Of a stretch of 20,546 nt of DNA, positions 7,491 through 16,152 are shown in pieces; position 1 is the stretch's first letter; every line of letters starts with the position of its first letter. Under the pieces are notes generated by a model, which searched no databases, was not told where the DNA came from, and saw only the letters and a list, made by a program, of their open reading frames with translations. Made by a program: the position numbers and the translations under genes. The DNA comes from a virus, in the IMG/VR virus record IMGVR_UViG_3300010274_000014, one strand, 5' to 3'.

Positions 7491-8072
7491 CTATCGCTTC
7501 AGTTTGACGTATATTTCAATACCTTCTGCCCGCTCCTTGATCTTCTCGGATATCTCTTCGGCTTCTGACTCAGAGACACATGGAATTACCAGGTAGGCTG
7601 CATCGTCCGGCTGAGTAGGGATCTCGGGTGTTTCAGGCTCCGGTTCGGTTGGCTTTTCAGGCTCCACAGGCTGTTCTGGTTCAGGCTCAGGATCGACATA
7701 AGAATAAGTGTATGCCACGTTCATCATTCGGGATCTGGGTGTCCCAGAGGTTTTCAGATACCATCTGATGATAACAGGCTTTCCAACTCCGGCAACAAAA
7801 TCTACTGCCTTGAGCTGCTCTTCATATTTTGTATTCTTTGTTGTGAATGTTGCCAGTTGTTCCTGCTTCCCATCGACTTCTATAGTAACTATGCATGTGC
7901 CTTCAATGCCTGAAGCCGAAACCTGAAATAACATGGAAAGCTTTTCAATCTTGATCCTCTTACCTTCCTGTGCTGGAATCGTTTCTTTTTTCTGCATTTC
8001 CCTTTCTGTCGAAAAATCGATTTCGGTGTAGATGGTCGAATATACTTTTTTTGTATCCTCAATGGTAGGCAT
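7491..8072 (-). CDS. Beta-rich domain, Glu/Pro linker and short C-terminal module; ends in TAG (possible read-through)
   Basis: 193 aa, with AGGAG upstream of ATG 8072 and a PEPEQPVEPEKPTEPEPE linker. The stop at 7493-7491 is TAG. Confidence 0.8.
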   Translation of the reverse strand: MPTIEDTKKVYSTIYTEIDFSTEREMQKKETIPAQEGKRIKIEKLSMLFQVSASGIEGTCIVTIEVDGKQEQLATFTTKNTKYEEQLKAVDFVAGVGKPVIIRWYLKTSGTPRSRMMNVAYTYSYVDPEPEPEQPVEPEKPTEPEPETPEIPTQPDDAAYLVIPCVSESEAEEISEKIKERAEGIEIYVKLKR

Positions 8073-8074
8073 GG

Positions 8075-9355
8075 TTATTTTCTCCTAAAAATCTGTTTTT
8101 CTGGTAATGAATTTCGAATAGCAGTAACCTGTTCAGAACTACAAGAAATAAACAAGAAAGCTGGTCTTTCAGCTGGCTCTTCTTCTGGACCCTCAACTGT
8201 GCTGGATACATTTATTGCACCGTAGTAATCCCCAGATTCGTTATTCAGGAAAGTGTTCTCAGAAGCTTCAACGGTATAGTAATCCTTTCCAAGAACATTG
8301 GCAATTGCATATCCTGAAACTGCCCCTGGATAGAAGGCCTTCCTTGTATTGACAATTGAGTTCTTCCTGACTGTTGCTTTGCAGCCCTTCACCCCACCTT
8401 TCCCGATGTAGTTGTCAAAACTGACCGCATTTCCAGAGCACCCATCAAAAATATTGTTCTCGATCAGAACATCCGTGAAACCATCAAAAACCATCCCACC
8501 TACTCCAGGGATCGTGTTCGCTGCTGGCATCATACCGCAGTTTCTGAATGTATTGTGATGGATGTACACTCCAGCTGCACCGCCCAGAGGCACGCTTGCT
8601 ATACCCCAGACACCAGGTCCGTAAGTGTCCTGGACCAGGCAATTCTTCATCTCGATATGCATGCATTTTGTCCCGTCCAGGATATTCTCAAGCTGCACAG
8701 GCGGAGCCCAGGCATTGTTCGTGAAGTCGTGGAACTGGCAGCTGTCAATCAGGACATTAGAAGAGGACCTTACCCGGACAGCATTGTTAGCCCGGATTTC
8801 AAAAGAACAGTTTTCAATCGTGGCTCCAGAACATTTGAAAAGGTGAATGAAGTCATGTCCCCCTTCTGCACCGGAGCAGTGGTCAAAGACAAGGTTTGAA
8901 CCGCCGTTCAGCCTCCACCCATCCCCCTCATTCCGGTTCACTTCCACATTCCGGAATACTGAGTTTGTGATATTTGAAAAGCCGAACAGGTTTCCATACC
9001 CTACTCCATGATCGTTCTGAGTGTTTCCCTGGTTTGCATAGTTCCCATCATAGACAAGGCCGTCAACTTCCAGGCCTGTAATCGAAGAGCCTTTCTGTCC
9101 TATGATAGGGACCTGTGCTCCAAAGTTAGGAGCGTTGTCCATGAGCTTCCATGTCACTCCTTCCTCGAAAGTCATTTTTGTATTATCGTTCAAAAACAGC
9201 CGGGAGTTGAGGAGGTATTGTCCGGTATCGCCTTTCAAAAAATGAACATGTGAGTACTGTAGCAGATCGCCGTTCACCGTTCCCGTTTTGTCAAGTGCCT
9301 TCTGTATGCCAGGGGAACTTGTTCCCTTAACCGGGGTTAGTATGCAGGTTTCCAC
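8075..9355 (-). CDS. Right-handed parallel beta-helix polysaccharide depolymerase-like protein (disaggregatase-related)
   Basis: 426 aa with repeats such as ITNSVFRNVEVNRNEGDGWRL, GGHDFIHL, DTYGPGVW, VYIHHNTF and LIENNIFDG. GTG start, no signal peptide. Confidence 0.82.
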   Translation of the reverse strand: METCILTPVKGTSSPGIQKALDKTGTVNGDLLQYSHVHFLKGDTGQYLLNSRLFLNDNTKMTFEEGVTWKLMDNAPNFGAQVPIIGQKGSSITGLEVDGLVYDGNYANQGNTQNDHGVGYGNLFGFSNITNSVFRNVEVNRNEGDGWRLNGGSNLVFDHCSGAEGGHDFIHLFKCSGATIENCSFEIRANNAVRVRSSSNVLIDSCQFHDFTNNAWAPPVQLENILDGTKCMHIEMKNCLVQDTYGPGVWGIASVPLGGAAGVYIHHNTFRNCGMMPAANTIPGVGGMVFDGFTDVLIENNIFDGCSGNAVSFDNYIGKGGVKGCKATVRKNSIVNTRKAFYPGAVSGYAIANVLGKDYYTVEASENTFLNNESGDYYGAINVSSTVEGPEEEPAERPAFLFISCSSEQVTAIRNSLPEKQIFRRK

Positions 9356-9380
9356 AAAACCACCGTTATGTTTTTACATT

Positions 9381-9395
9381 GTTAACGCTGTTAAC
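9381..9395 (-). promoter_or_regulatory. 15-bp dyad GTTAACAGCGTTAAC, copy 2, upstream of the minus-strand operon
   Basis: The + strand reads GTTAACGCTGTTAAC. On - it is preceded by TTTATTAAA and ends 25 nt before GTG 9355. Confidence 0.8.
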
Positions 9396-9559
9396 TTTAA
9401 TAAATCATTTCTTCCTAAAGATCGCCACATTCACGAAAAAAGCCTGAACCTTCGGTGTTCGTCCTGAAGAATACAAAAACAGGTTGTGGGGATGATTCTC
9501 ACCTGCGTAAAGAAGAATCAAAGGCAATGAAGGCAAAAATCACTCTCTTTTTTACTTTC

Positions 9560-10020
9560 CTTTTTAGGAAAACAAATGTTCCGCGAACATCATATTAGTA
9601 ATATTTCTTCTGAAATTTCTTTTTATAATTTGGCAATAAAATATAACTGTGTGACACTTCTCTATGCTTTAGCAGTTTATCAGTGATCAAATACATCTTT
9701 TAATCATTAATTTTTGATAAAAATTGGCTAATTAAAATATATATAATTATATTAGATAATATATAGGTAAAAAAATCTATATTTAGTATTTATAACTTAA
9801 ATACATACTTAGACGAATTTAATTTTTATAAGATTATATTTTATATATATTTTTTGAATATGAGTCAAGGCATATGCTCATATATAAATTTTTTAGCCAA
9901 ATAATCGAAAGATAAAAAATTAAGAAATTTATTTCAATCAAAATAAATCTGAAAATTGTATTTTTTGACTATTTGGCCGAAAAACTTACAAAGGATGAGT
10001 AAATATGAATTTATGGAGTT
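9560..10020. other. Very AT-rich non-coding region, probably promoter-containing, before the accessory genes
   Basis: Long A/T runs, several TATA-like boxes, inverted repeat ATATGAG..CTCATAT (9858-9883) and no credible ORF. Confidence 0.55.
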
Positions 10021-10147
10021 CAAGAGTTTTCCAAGACCAACTTAACTCCATAAAATATGCCAAAGAGGCATGATTAAGTTAGCTTTGCATATATTAAAGC
10101 TTACCTGATTCTGCCTCCTGGGTAAAATGCACAGGAGTGAGTAAATA

Positions 10148-11308
10148 ATGAAAGAATTTAGAACCGGAATTTTGCTTGTGACAATACTTTTGGCGAGTTT
10201 TGTTCTTGTACCAGCTACGAGTGCGGCTGCCGAGGATGCAAGTGTAAACAATCTCTCTGATAGTGAGGTTGAAACTTACGGCATCGATGGGCTAACTCCT
10301 CAACAGGTTAAAGAAATAGAAGCTGAAATCAGCCGTATAAGGGACATGCCAGATATTGTCAATAACTGCCCTTATATGCCTCTGCTTGTGGCCACTGACG
10401 AGCAAAAAGAGATTTTCTTAGGGTATATAGACAATTTATCAGTCTCGGACTCTGAGAAAAAGGAAATGAAAAAAGAATTGAAAGATATTTGGAGTCGTGT
10501 TCCAGACAAAATCACGGAAAAAGATTATCCAGTGATGGAAAAAATCGGAAAGGCAATAACCACACATGTTGAAGAGACATATTGGGCAGAAGATCAAAGT
10601 GTTAGATGGATGTCATATGCACACCGTAACTTAATTTCTGCCGGTGTCAATTTGGTTTATGGAAATCCTACTTGGGCAGGCTGGGCTTATGATACTGCTA
10701 TGGATCCCGATACCTCCATTGATACAGGTTCAATCTATGTCCCTGTACCTACTCCGCTTGGTTTTGTGACGATTTCGCTTCCTAAAAAATGTTACTACCA
10801 TTATTATAACCCAGATCTCAGTTTCGGAGGAGCTCCAGGGAAATGTTCTTCCTACGCAGCACAAGCAAAAACCTATTATGGGAATCAGGAATACCAAAAT
10901 GCTTTTGAAACACTTGGAATAGCCAGCCACTACCTTTCAGATGTAGCGCAGCCAATGCACTCGGGTGGAGAACTTGGGTCACTTGTGGATTATTTGCTAA
11001 ATTGGGACGTTACTTACCATATCAGATACGAACAATATGTGAACAATAATTGGAACACTGGCCGTAATTTCGGTAGATGGGTTACTCGAAACACCAATGT
11101 AAATACTGTAACCGACCCCGCTGAAGCAGTAAGATCCATGGCAGCATATAGTAATCCTTACTCCTCTTTATTATGGGACGAAATTTATGCTCATCCAGAC
11201 TTTGATGTACCGGGTCAAGATACGACATATATACAATACGTAACGATAATTATGAATCAGGAGGCAGCAAAGTATAATGCAGGTCTAGCAGAGTATATAA
11301 GTAGTTAA
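10148..11308 (+). CDS. Secreted Zn-dependent phospholipase C / S1-P1 nuclease superfamily protein
   Basis: Signal peptide; WMSYAH, DPD, HYY, HYLSDVAQPMH and HIRYEQY reproduce the tri-zinc ligand pattern of this superfamily. Confidence 0.78.
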   Translation: MKEFRTGILLVTILLASFVLVPATSAAAEDASVNNLSDSEVETYGIDGLTPQQVKEIEAEISRIRDMPDIVNNCPYMPLLVATDEQKEIFLGYIDNLSVSDSEKKEMKKELKDIWSRVPDKITEKDYPVMEKIGKAITTHVEETYWAEDQSVRWMSYAHRNLISAGVNLVYGNPTWAGWAYDTAMDPDTSIDTGSIYVPVPTPLGFVTISLPKKCYYHYYNPDLSFGGAPGKCSSYAAQAKTYYGNQEYQNAFETLGIASHYLSDVAQPMHSGGELGSLVDYLLNWDVTYHIRYEQYVNNNWNTGRNFGRWVTRNTNVNTVTDPAEAVRSMAAYSNPYSSLLWDEIYAHPDFDVPGQDTTYIQYVTIIMNQEAAKYNAGLAEYISS

Positions 11309-11590
11309 TAAAGCAGATTATGGAAACTGAAAACAAAGATGTCATTCGACTTATGAGCTGAAAAATCAGACATCAATACGTAGATAGGCTGCTTAGCTAT
11401 AGGTTTAGCAACATCAGGCTCCTGCTCGACAAGAAGGAATGTTTTATTGTCCAGATATTTTTGGATCTGATTTTAATCTTATATTGATCACAATAGGCGC
11501 TCTATTGAAAAAAGTAAGCACAATACAGAACTCATAAAATATTAGTGAAATAATTATTATATTTTATAAAAAATATAAGGTTGGATAAGC

Positions 11591-12490
11591 GTGACAAGAA
11601 AAAATCTATTGCTCATTCCTATCTTTTTTACCCTTTTGGTTACAAGCGTACTATTTTTCTATGTTGTTTATGCCATAAACACGGGTACGTACCTTAACAG
11701 GGAGCCTGTTGAGAGATACTATTTTGAGTATGATATCAAAGTTACAGGACTTTCTGGAAAGGAAGTGAGTGGAACGACTGTGATAATGGTTCCTATCCCT
11801 GCATCTAAGGAAGGTAAATTTTTTACTCCCTTTACGCAGAAACCTGATTTTATCCAGAGGTTTCTACTTAAAATCATGCACAAACCTGAACAAGATCGTA
11901 TAGGTCCTTATTTTGAAAATATAAGTGAAACACTTGATAATAAAGAAATAATGGGGAACTGGGTAACTTTCATTGCAGAAACCGACAAAGGTCACATGCT
12001 TGGATTCAGAACCAACGAGACAAGGCTCGAGGATATCTCGTATGGTGGTTGTTTTGTTGCAGATTACTTTGATATTTTTGATCCTATAAACAATGGAAGT
12101 CCAATGTTGTTTCCTGTTGAAAATATGTCTGATGTTTATTCTACCCCTTATGGAGACTACACTAAGTATGCCTCAAATCCGAAATATAATACTTATATCT
12201 ACTTAAGCGATAATCTAAAAGGAGGAGAAAATGTGTCTTTCTTTGTCTATTTGACTGCAAATAATGATCCATATGAATGGCCTGAAAAATACAGAGGTAG
12301 GTATAATAATCTGCTATTGGCGAAGGTTAATGACACAGGCTATGTAAAAGTCAGGACTATTATGGGACAGGAAATACCATGGGGAAATGACAGTCTTGAA
12401 GTAATGAGTACTCAGTATTTTTCAGATTTTTATGCTGATGAAACATCTGACAATGTAAATGTAACTCCCAGCTACACAGTAGTTGCATGA
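11591..12490 (+). CDS. Membrane-anchored protein of unknown function
   Basis: 299 aa, GTG start, N-terminal TM segment LLLIPIFFTLLVTSVLFFYVVYAI, AT-rich codons. Confidence 0.72.
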   Translation: MTRKNLLLIPIFFTLLVTSVLFFYVVYAINTGTYLNREPVERYYFEYDIKVTGLSGKEVSGTTVIMVPIPASKEGKFFTPFTQKPDFIQRFLLKIMHKPEQDRIGPYFENISETLDNKEIMGNWVTFIAETDKGHMLGFRTNETRLEDISYGGCFVADYFDIFDPINNGSPMLFPVENMSDVYSTPYGDYTKYASNPKYNTYIYLSDNLKGGENVSFFVYLTANNDPYEWPEKYRGRYNNLLLAKVNDTGYVKVRTIMGQEIPWGNDSLEVMSTQYFSDFYADETSDNVNVTPSYTVVA

Positions 12491-12697
12491 AGTCCTTAAT
12501 TACGGGCATGTTTCTGTCATTCATTACAAACGGAAAAACGGCAGTGTTTGATTCCATAAAAAATTTATTGAAAAAAGAATAAATTAGCTGATAAATAGAA
12601 CGAACAGATTCAGCTTTTCCTTTGCTTCTTGTAATTCCTTTTTTCTTTTTAGATCTTCCTACAATTATACAGTTTAATAATAGATATATTTATAATT

Positions 12698-12712
12698 GTT
12701 AACAGCGTTAAC
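12698..12712 (+). promoter_or_regulatory. 15-bp dyad GTTAACAGCGTTAAC, copy 3, upstream of the capsid/tail operon
   Basis: Directly preceded by TTTATAATT and ends 8 nt before ATG 12721. Confidence 0.82.
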
Positions 12713-12720
12713 ATTGTAAA

Positions 12721-13722
12721 ATGTCACTTTTTATCGAGGGGACAGCGTTCCCCCTGGGCATATTAAACACGAATGGTTGGGGCGTACCGTTCGCTGAAGC
12801 AGATAACGCTATCAAAAGCCTCAAAACATCCGTTGTCCGGATCTGTTCTCGCGTCGATCCTCACGTTTGTGACATCATGGGCGACCCTAAATCCGAAATT
12901 GGTCACGCTGTCGATGCTGGTCGAGATGGTGACAACGTATCCTGCAAGGCTGAGATCACTGACTCGATAGCAGTTCAGAAAATCGAGGATGGAACCTGGA
13001 AACCTTTCTGGAGTATTTTTGCCGGCATACAGGAAATAGACTCCGGAGGGTGGGCACACGGTATAACCATCGAATCAATCACAATCGTAAATAATCCTGC
13101 CTGGGAAGGCGCAAAATGGAGTGTCGTTTCAGCGTCTGCTGACGGCAAAAAGAAAGTTCACATCACCTCTCCTTTCAAAATCGCAGCATCAGGAGATGAA
13201 ACCATACCAGACGAAACAATTGAGGATCTGAAAAAACAGATCGCGGAAAAAGACAAGCTCATTGAAGAGCTCAAGCCGAAGGCTGAGAGCGTTCCTGCGC
13301 TTGAAACACAGGTTGCGGAACTGACTGCAAGTAACCAAAAAATTACCAAAGAACTTGCAGACAAAACAAAGCTTGCAGCCTCACTTGAACTTGAGAAGGC
13401 GGAGTCCATACCCATGAAAGAACTGGATGAAAGAATTGCAGCTGCCATAGCGGACCACGACAAGGAAGTTGAAGCAAGGAATAATCTTGCTGCAGCTCGT
13501 GCCAGATTCGTAGCTGCCAGAAAAGCACATCTTGGAATTGATACGAAACCGGATGAATTCACAACCCTATCTGCAGCAGACTTTGAAAAGCTCGCTGCTG
13601 ATCATGAGAATAAAGTGAGCGCATCTGGGAGTGACCCAATCCAGTATAATGTGAGTGGGAGCGGTGGAAACAAGAGTCCAATCTTTGACCCGTTCTCAAA
13701 ATCGTTCTCACAGGGGGCCTGA
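12721..13722 (+). CDS. Prohead protease / scaffold fusion
   Basis: N-terminal protease-like domain (DPH.., WSIF, ITIVNNPAW) plus a C-terminal coiled coil, located just before the decoration and capsid genes. Confidence 0.72.
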   Translation: MSLFIEGTAFPLGILNTNGWGVPFAEADNAIKSLKTSVVRICSRVDPHVCDIMGDPKSEIGHAVDAGRDGDNVSCKAEITDSIAVQKIEDGTWKPFWSIFAGIQEIDSGGWAHGITIESITIVNNPAWEGAKWSVVSASADGKKKVHITSPFKIAASGDETIPDETIEDLKKQIAEKDKLIEELKPKAESVPALETQVAELTASNQKITKELADKTKLAASLELEKAESIPMKELDERIAAAIADHDKEVEARNNLAAARARFVAARKAHLGIDTKPDEFTTLSAADFEKLAADHENKVSASGSDPIQYNVSGSGGNKSPIFDPFSKSFSQGA

Positions 13723-13726
13723 GCAG

Positions 13727-14188
13727 ATGGCAGTACAACCAGGATTTAGGCCTGTAGACAACATGACCAGACAGGGTCCAGGCATTGATGTTGAATATTT
13801 CCAGATAGGGCCTAATGCAACAGCCTCTAAGTGTTTACCTGGTATCCGTGTAATGATAGATACGACTGACAACTATGTCAAAGAGTTCACAGGCACGGGA
13901 AACGCGATAGGATATCTATCGTATGAAGCTTCCCCTGACAAGCCAAAAACCATTGACACTGCTTTTGCGGTTGGCGACTGGGCAGCTGTTGAAATGGGTG
14001 CAGGTAAGAGAATAAGAGGCCGACTTGCATCAGGTCAAAATGTAACAAAAGGACAGCCTCTGAAGGAAGTTGCTGACGGCTTCTTGAGTGCTGGAACTCC
14101 TGGTACTGATGATATCGTAGCTGATGCGGATCAGTCAGTAGACGCTTCAAGCGCAGCAGCTGCAATCTGGGTACTTACGAGGAAGTGA
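13727..14188 (+). CDS. Head decoration (cement) protein
   Basis: 153 aa from ATG 13727, small and beta-rich, between the scaffold and capsid genes. Confidence 0.6.
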   Translation: MAVQPGFRPVDNMTRQGPGIDVEYFQIGPNATASKCLPGIRVMIDTTDNYVKEFTGTGNAIGYLSYEASPDKPKTIDTAFAVGDWAAVEMGAGKRIRGRLASGQNVTKGQPLKEVADGFLSAGTPGTDDIVADADQSVDASSAAAAIWVLTRK

Positions 14189-14192
14189 AATC

Positions 14193-15122
14193 ATGACAGG
14201 TGGAAACGCACTTCTCACACATCTCAAGGATCTGTTTGATCCGACTATTATTTCGGTACTGACTGCTCAGTCGGTCGGTAGACAGCTCATGCCAATCAAT
14301 CCAGAACTCTCAGGTCAGGGGCTCGGTGTCCTCACCGTCGAAACGCTGCGTTATGTAGCTCGTAGCGGCGCAATCACAAACTACGACATCCAGAAAGACA
14401 TCGAGGACACTATTGACATCGAGAGTCTTCAGGTTCGCGTCCCTGTCCAGCAAGACATGGTGCGTATCAAGTACCGTGATTGGCTGGCATATCAGAAGAA
14501 GAAAATCCCGATTGAGGCAGACATCAGTACCGATATGACTGCAAAAATCGCAAGGGAGCAGGACAAAATCATTGCTGATGGTTGGAAACCGCAGGGTACA
14601 AATTACCTAATCAAAGGGATGTACCAGGTGGCTGGAAACTCTGTTATCGGGGAAGATTCTGGAAGTTATGGAAACGTTAAATCTGCAGTCGTCGCTGCAA
14701 TTTCAAAACTCAAGCTGAGTGGCGTCTATTCCCGTGGATACAACCTTTCCCTTGCTCCTTTCAACTATGCTGAGCTCATGGACTCCGAGAATGACACAGG
14801 AAAAGAAGAAACCGCTGCAATCCTGAAAATCCTTAACGCCGCAGCACCAAACGGATCACAGCCAGGACAGATCTATGAAGTCCCTGATCTCGCAGCCGGA
14901 ACCGCAATGGTAAGCCCCATAGCTTCTCAGGAGAACCTCAGATTCTTCGACATCATTGAACTTCAGGTCCCGGAAAATGATCTCTGGTATGATGGCGGCA
15001 GACCGAAGGGCGACATCATGATGGAGCAGGTCGGTGCTCTGGTTCCACGGTTCAAACACCTTGATCCGGACACGTTGACCGACCCATGTGTCTGTAAGAT
15101 TACCAGCCTTGGAACAAGCTAA
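14193..15122 (+). CDS. Major capsid protein, HK97 fold, encapsulin (Linocin M18)-like
   Basis: 309 aa. VGRQLM, RIKYRDW, IAREQDKIIADG, AISKLKLSG..YNLSLAP..YAEL follow the family 1 encapsulin pattern, and the position is canonical. Confidence 0.82.
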   Translation: MTGGNALLTHLKDLFDPTIISVLTAQSVGRQLMPINPELSGQGLGVLTVETLRYVARSGAITNYDIQKDIEDTIDIESLQVRVPVQQDMVRIKYRDWLAYQKKKIPIEADISTDMTAKIAREQDKIIADGWKPQGTNYLIKGMYQVAGNSVIGEDSGSYGNVKSAVVAAISKLKLSGVYSRGYNLSLAPFNYAELMDSENDTGKEETAAILKILNAAAPNGSQPGQIYEVPDLAAGTAMVSPIASQENLRFFDIIELQVPENDLWYDGGRPKGDIMMEQVGALVPRFKHLDPDTLTDPCVCKITSLGTS

Positions 15123-15134
15123 ACGGTGAGCTGA

Positions 15135-15518
15135 ATGGTCCTGTGTTCCGTCTCTGAAGTTCGTGCTGAAGTCAATCCCAGGTCAGTTACAGACGAGGGT
15201 ATTGCTGAACTCATAATAAGGACCTCAAGAGCTGTAGCTACGCAGACTGGAGGAAATGTAGATGACAGCGACAACGATCTCCTTAATCTGGCCTGCATTC
15301 ATCTCTCAGCAGCTGCCGTCCTTCGTAAGATGAGGATTAACGGAGAACTTCCTGCCAGAGTCAAAATAGGAAATAGTGAGCAACAGAACACTATCGACCA
15401 GGACATCCAGGACCATGAAAATGAAGCCGCGAAGTACATGAAAAAGTACAGGTACGCAGGCAAACTCCGCATACCTTACGGACGAGTTGGGATCAGGACT
15501 GTGAACCACGAGGACTGA
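15135..15518 (+). CDS. Head-tail adaptor (SPP1 gp15/HK97 gp6-like)
   Basis: 127 aa, helical, CSVSEVRA N-terminus, immediately after the capsid gene. Confidence 0.65.
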   Translation: MVLCSVSEVRAEVNPRSVTDEGIAELIIRTSRAVATQTGGNVDDSDNDLLNLACIHLSAAAVLRKMRINGELPARVKIGNSEQQNTIDQDIQDHENEAAKYMKKYRYAGKLRIPYGRVGIRTVNHED

Positions 15519-15520
15519 AC

Positions 15521-16138
15521 ATGATCGGATCTCTAATGCTTGGAATGATTCACACCTGCAACATCCTGAGCAGTACCCAGGACCAGAAACTTTCCTTTGA
15601 GTCCGGATCCTCAGCTTTTCTGGAAGAAGATCTTCTGATAGGGGTAGCCTCTGGAGCAAAGGGGACCATCAAGGAAATAGTTCTTGAGTCAGGGTCCTGG
15701 ACCGCTGGAGATGCAGCTGGTTATCTGATCCTCTCGAATGTTTCCGGAACTTTCCAGGAAGGCGAAACAATTCATGATGAACACGAGGGGACCTCACTTG
15801 CCTCCGGACCGGCAGAACCTGTAACAAATGGAGTGGGGACTCCCCAACTCACTACAACCTCCAACCCTAGCTCATGCAGGTTCTCACAGGCTTCCAGGTC
15901 CGGAGGCATTCAGTCTCTTGAAAGTGGGGATTACATCGTTTCTGAGCCTCTTCTATTTCTCCCTCCTGAAACCGTGATCCAAGAAGGAGATATTGTCACA
16001 AGCAATGTCCATGGGTATGAAGGCCCTTACAAGGTACTGCATGTCGAAGTCCTGTACGAGCTTTTCATGAACGCAAGCGGCGAGTACGAGATAGATCATC
16101 TCGAGGTTGAACTGAAAGCTGTGAAAAAACGCGGCTGA
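15521..16138 (+). CDS. Head closure (SPP1 gp16-like) protein with an inserted domain
   Basis: HTCNI..CRF..LFLPPETVIQEGDIV..YKVLHV..DHLEVEL pattern, with about 80 extra residues in the N-terminal half. Confidence 0.6.
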   Translation: MIGSLMLGMIHTCNILSSTQDQKLSFESGSSAFLEEDLLIGVASGAKGTIKEIVLESGSWTAGDAAGYLILSNVSGTFQEGETIHDEHEGTSLASGPAEPVTNGVGTPQLTTTSNPSSCRFSQASRSGGIQSLESGDYIVSEPLLFLPPETVIQEGDIVTSNVHGYEGPYKVLHVEVLYELFMNASGEYEIDHLEVELKAVKKRG

Positions 16139-16152
16139 TCTTGGGGGCAAAA

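Noticed and set aside
9421-9560. GC-richer patch with a weak hairpin (gaacc-ttc-ggtgttc) as a possible small RNA or gene remnant
   Set aside because: The stem is short and imperfect, with no convincing ORF or RNA family features.
13655-13726. N-terminal extension of the decoration protein
   Set aside because: It overlaps the scaffold gene in another frame; ATG 13727 follows its stop with GGGGG upstream.
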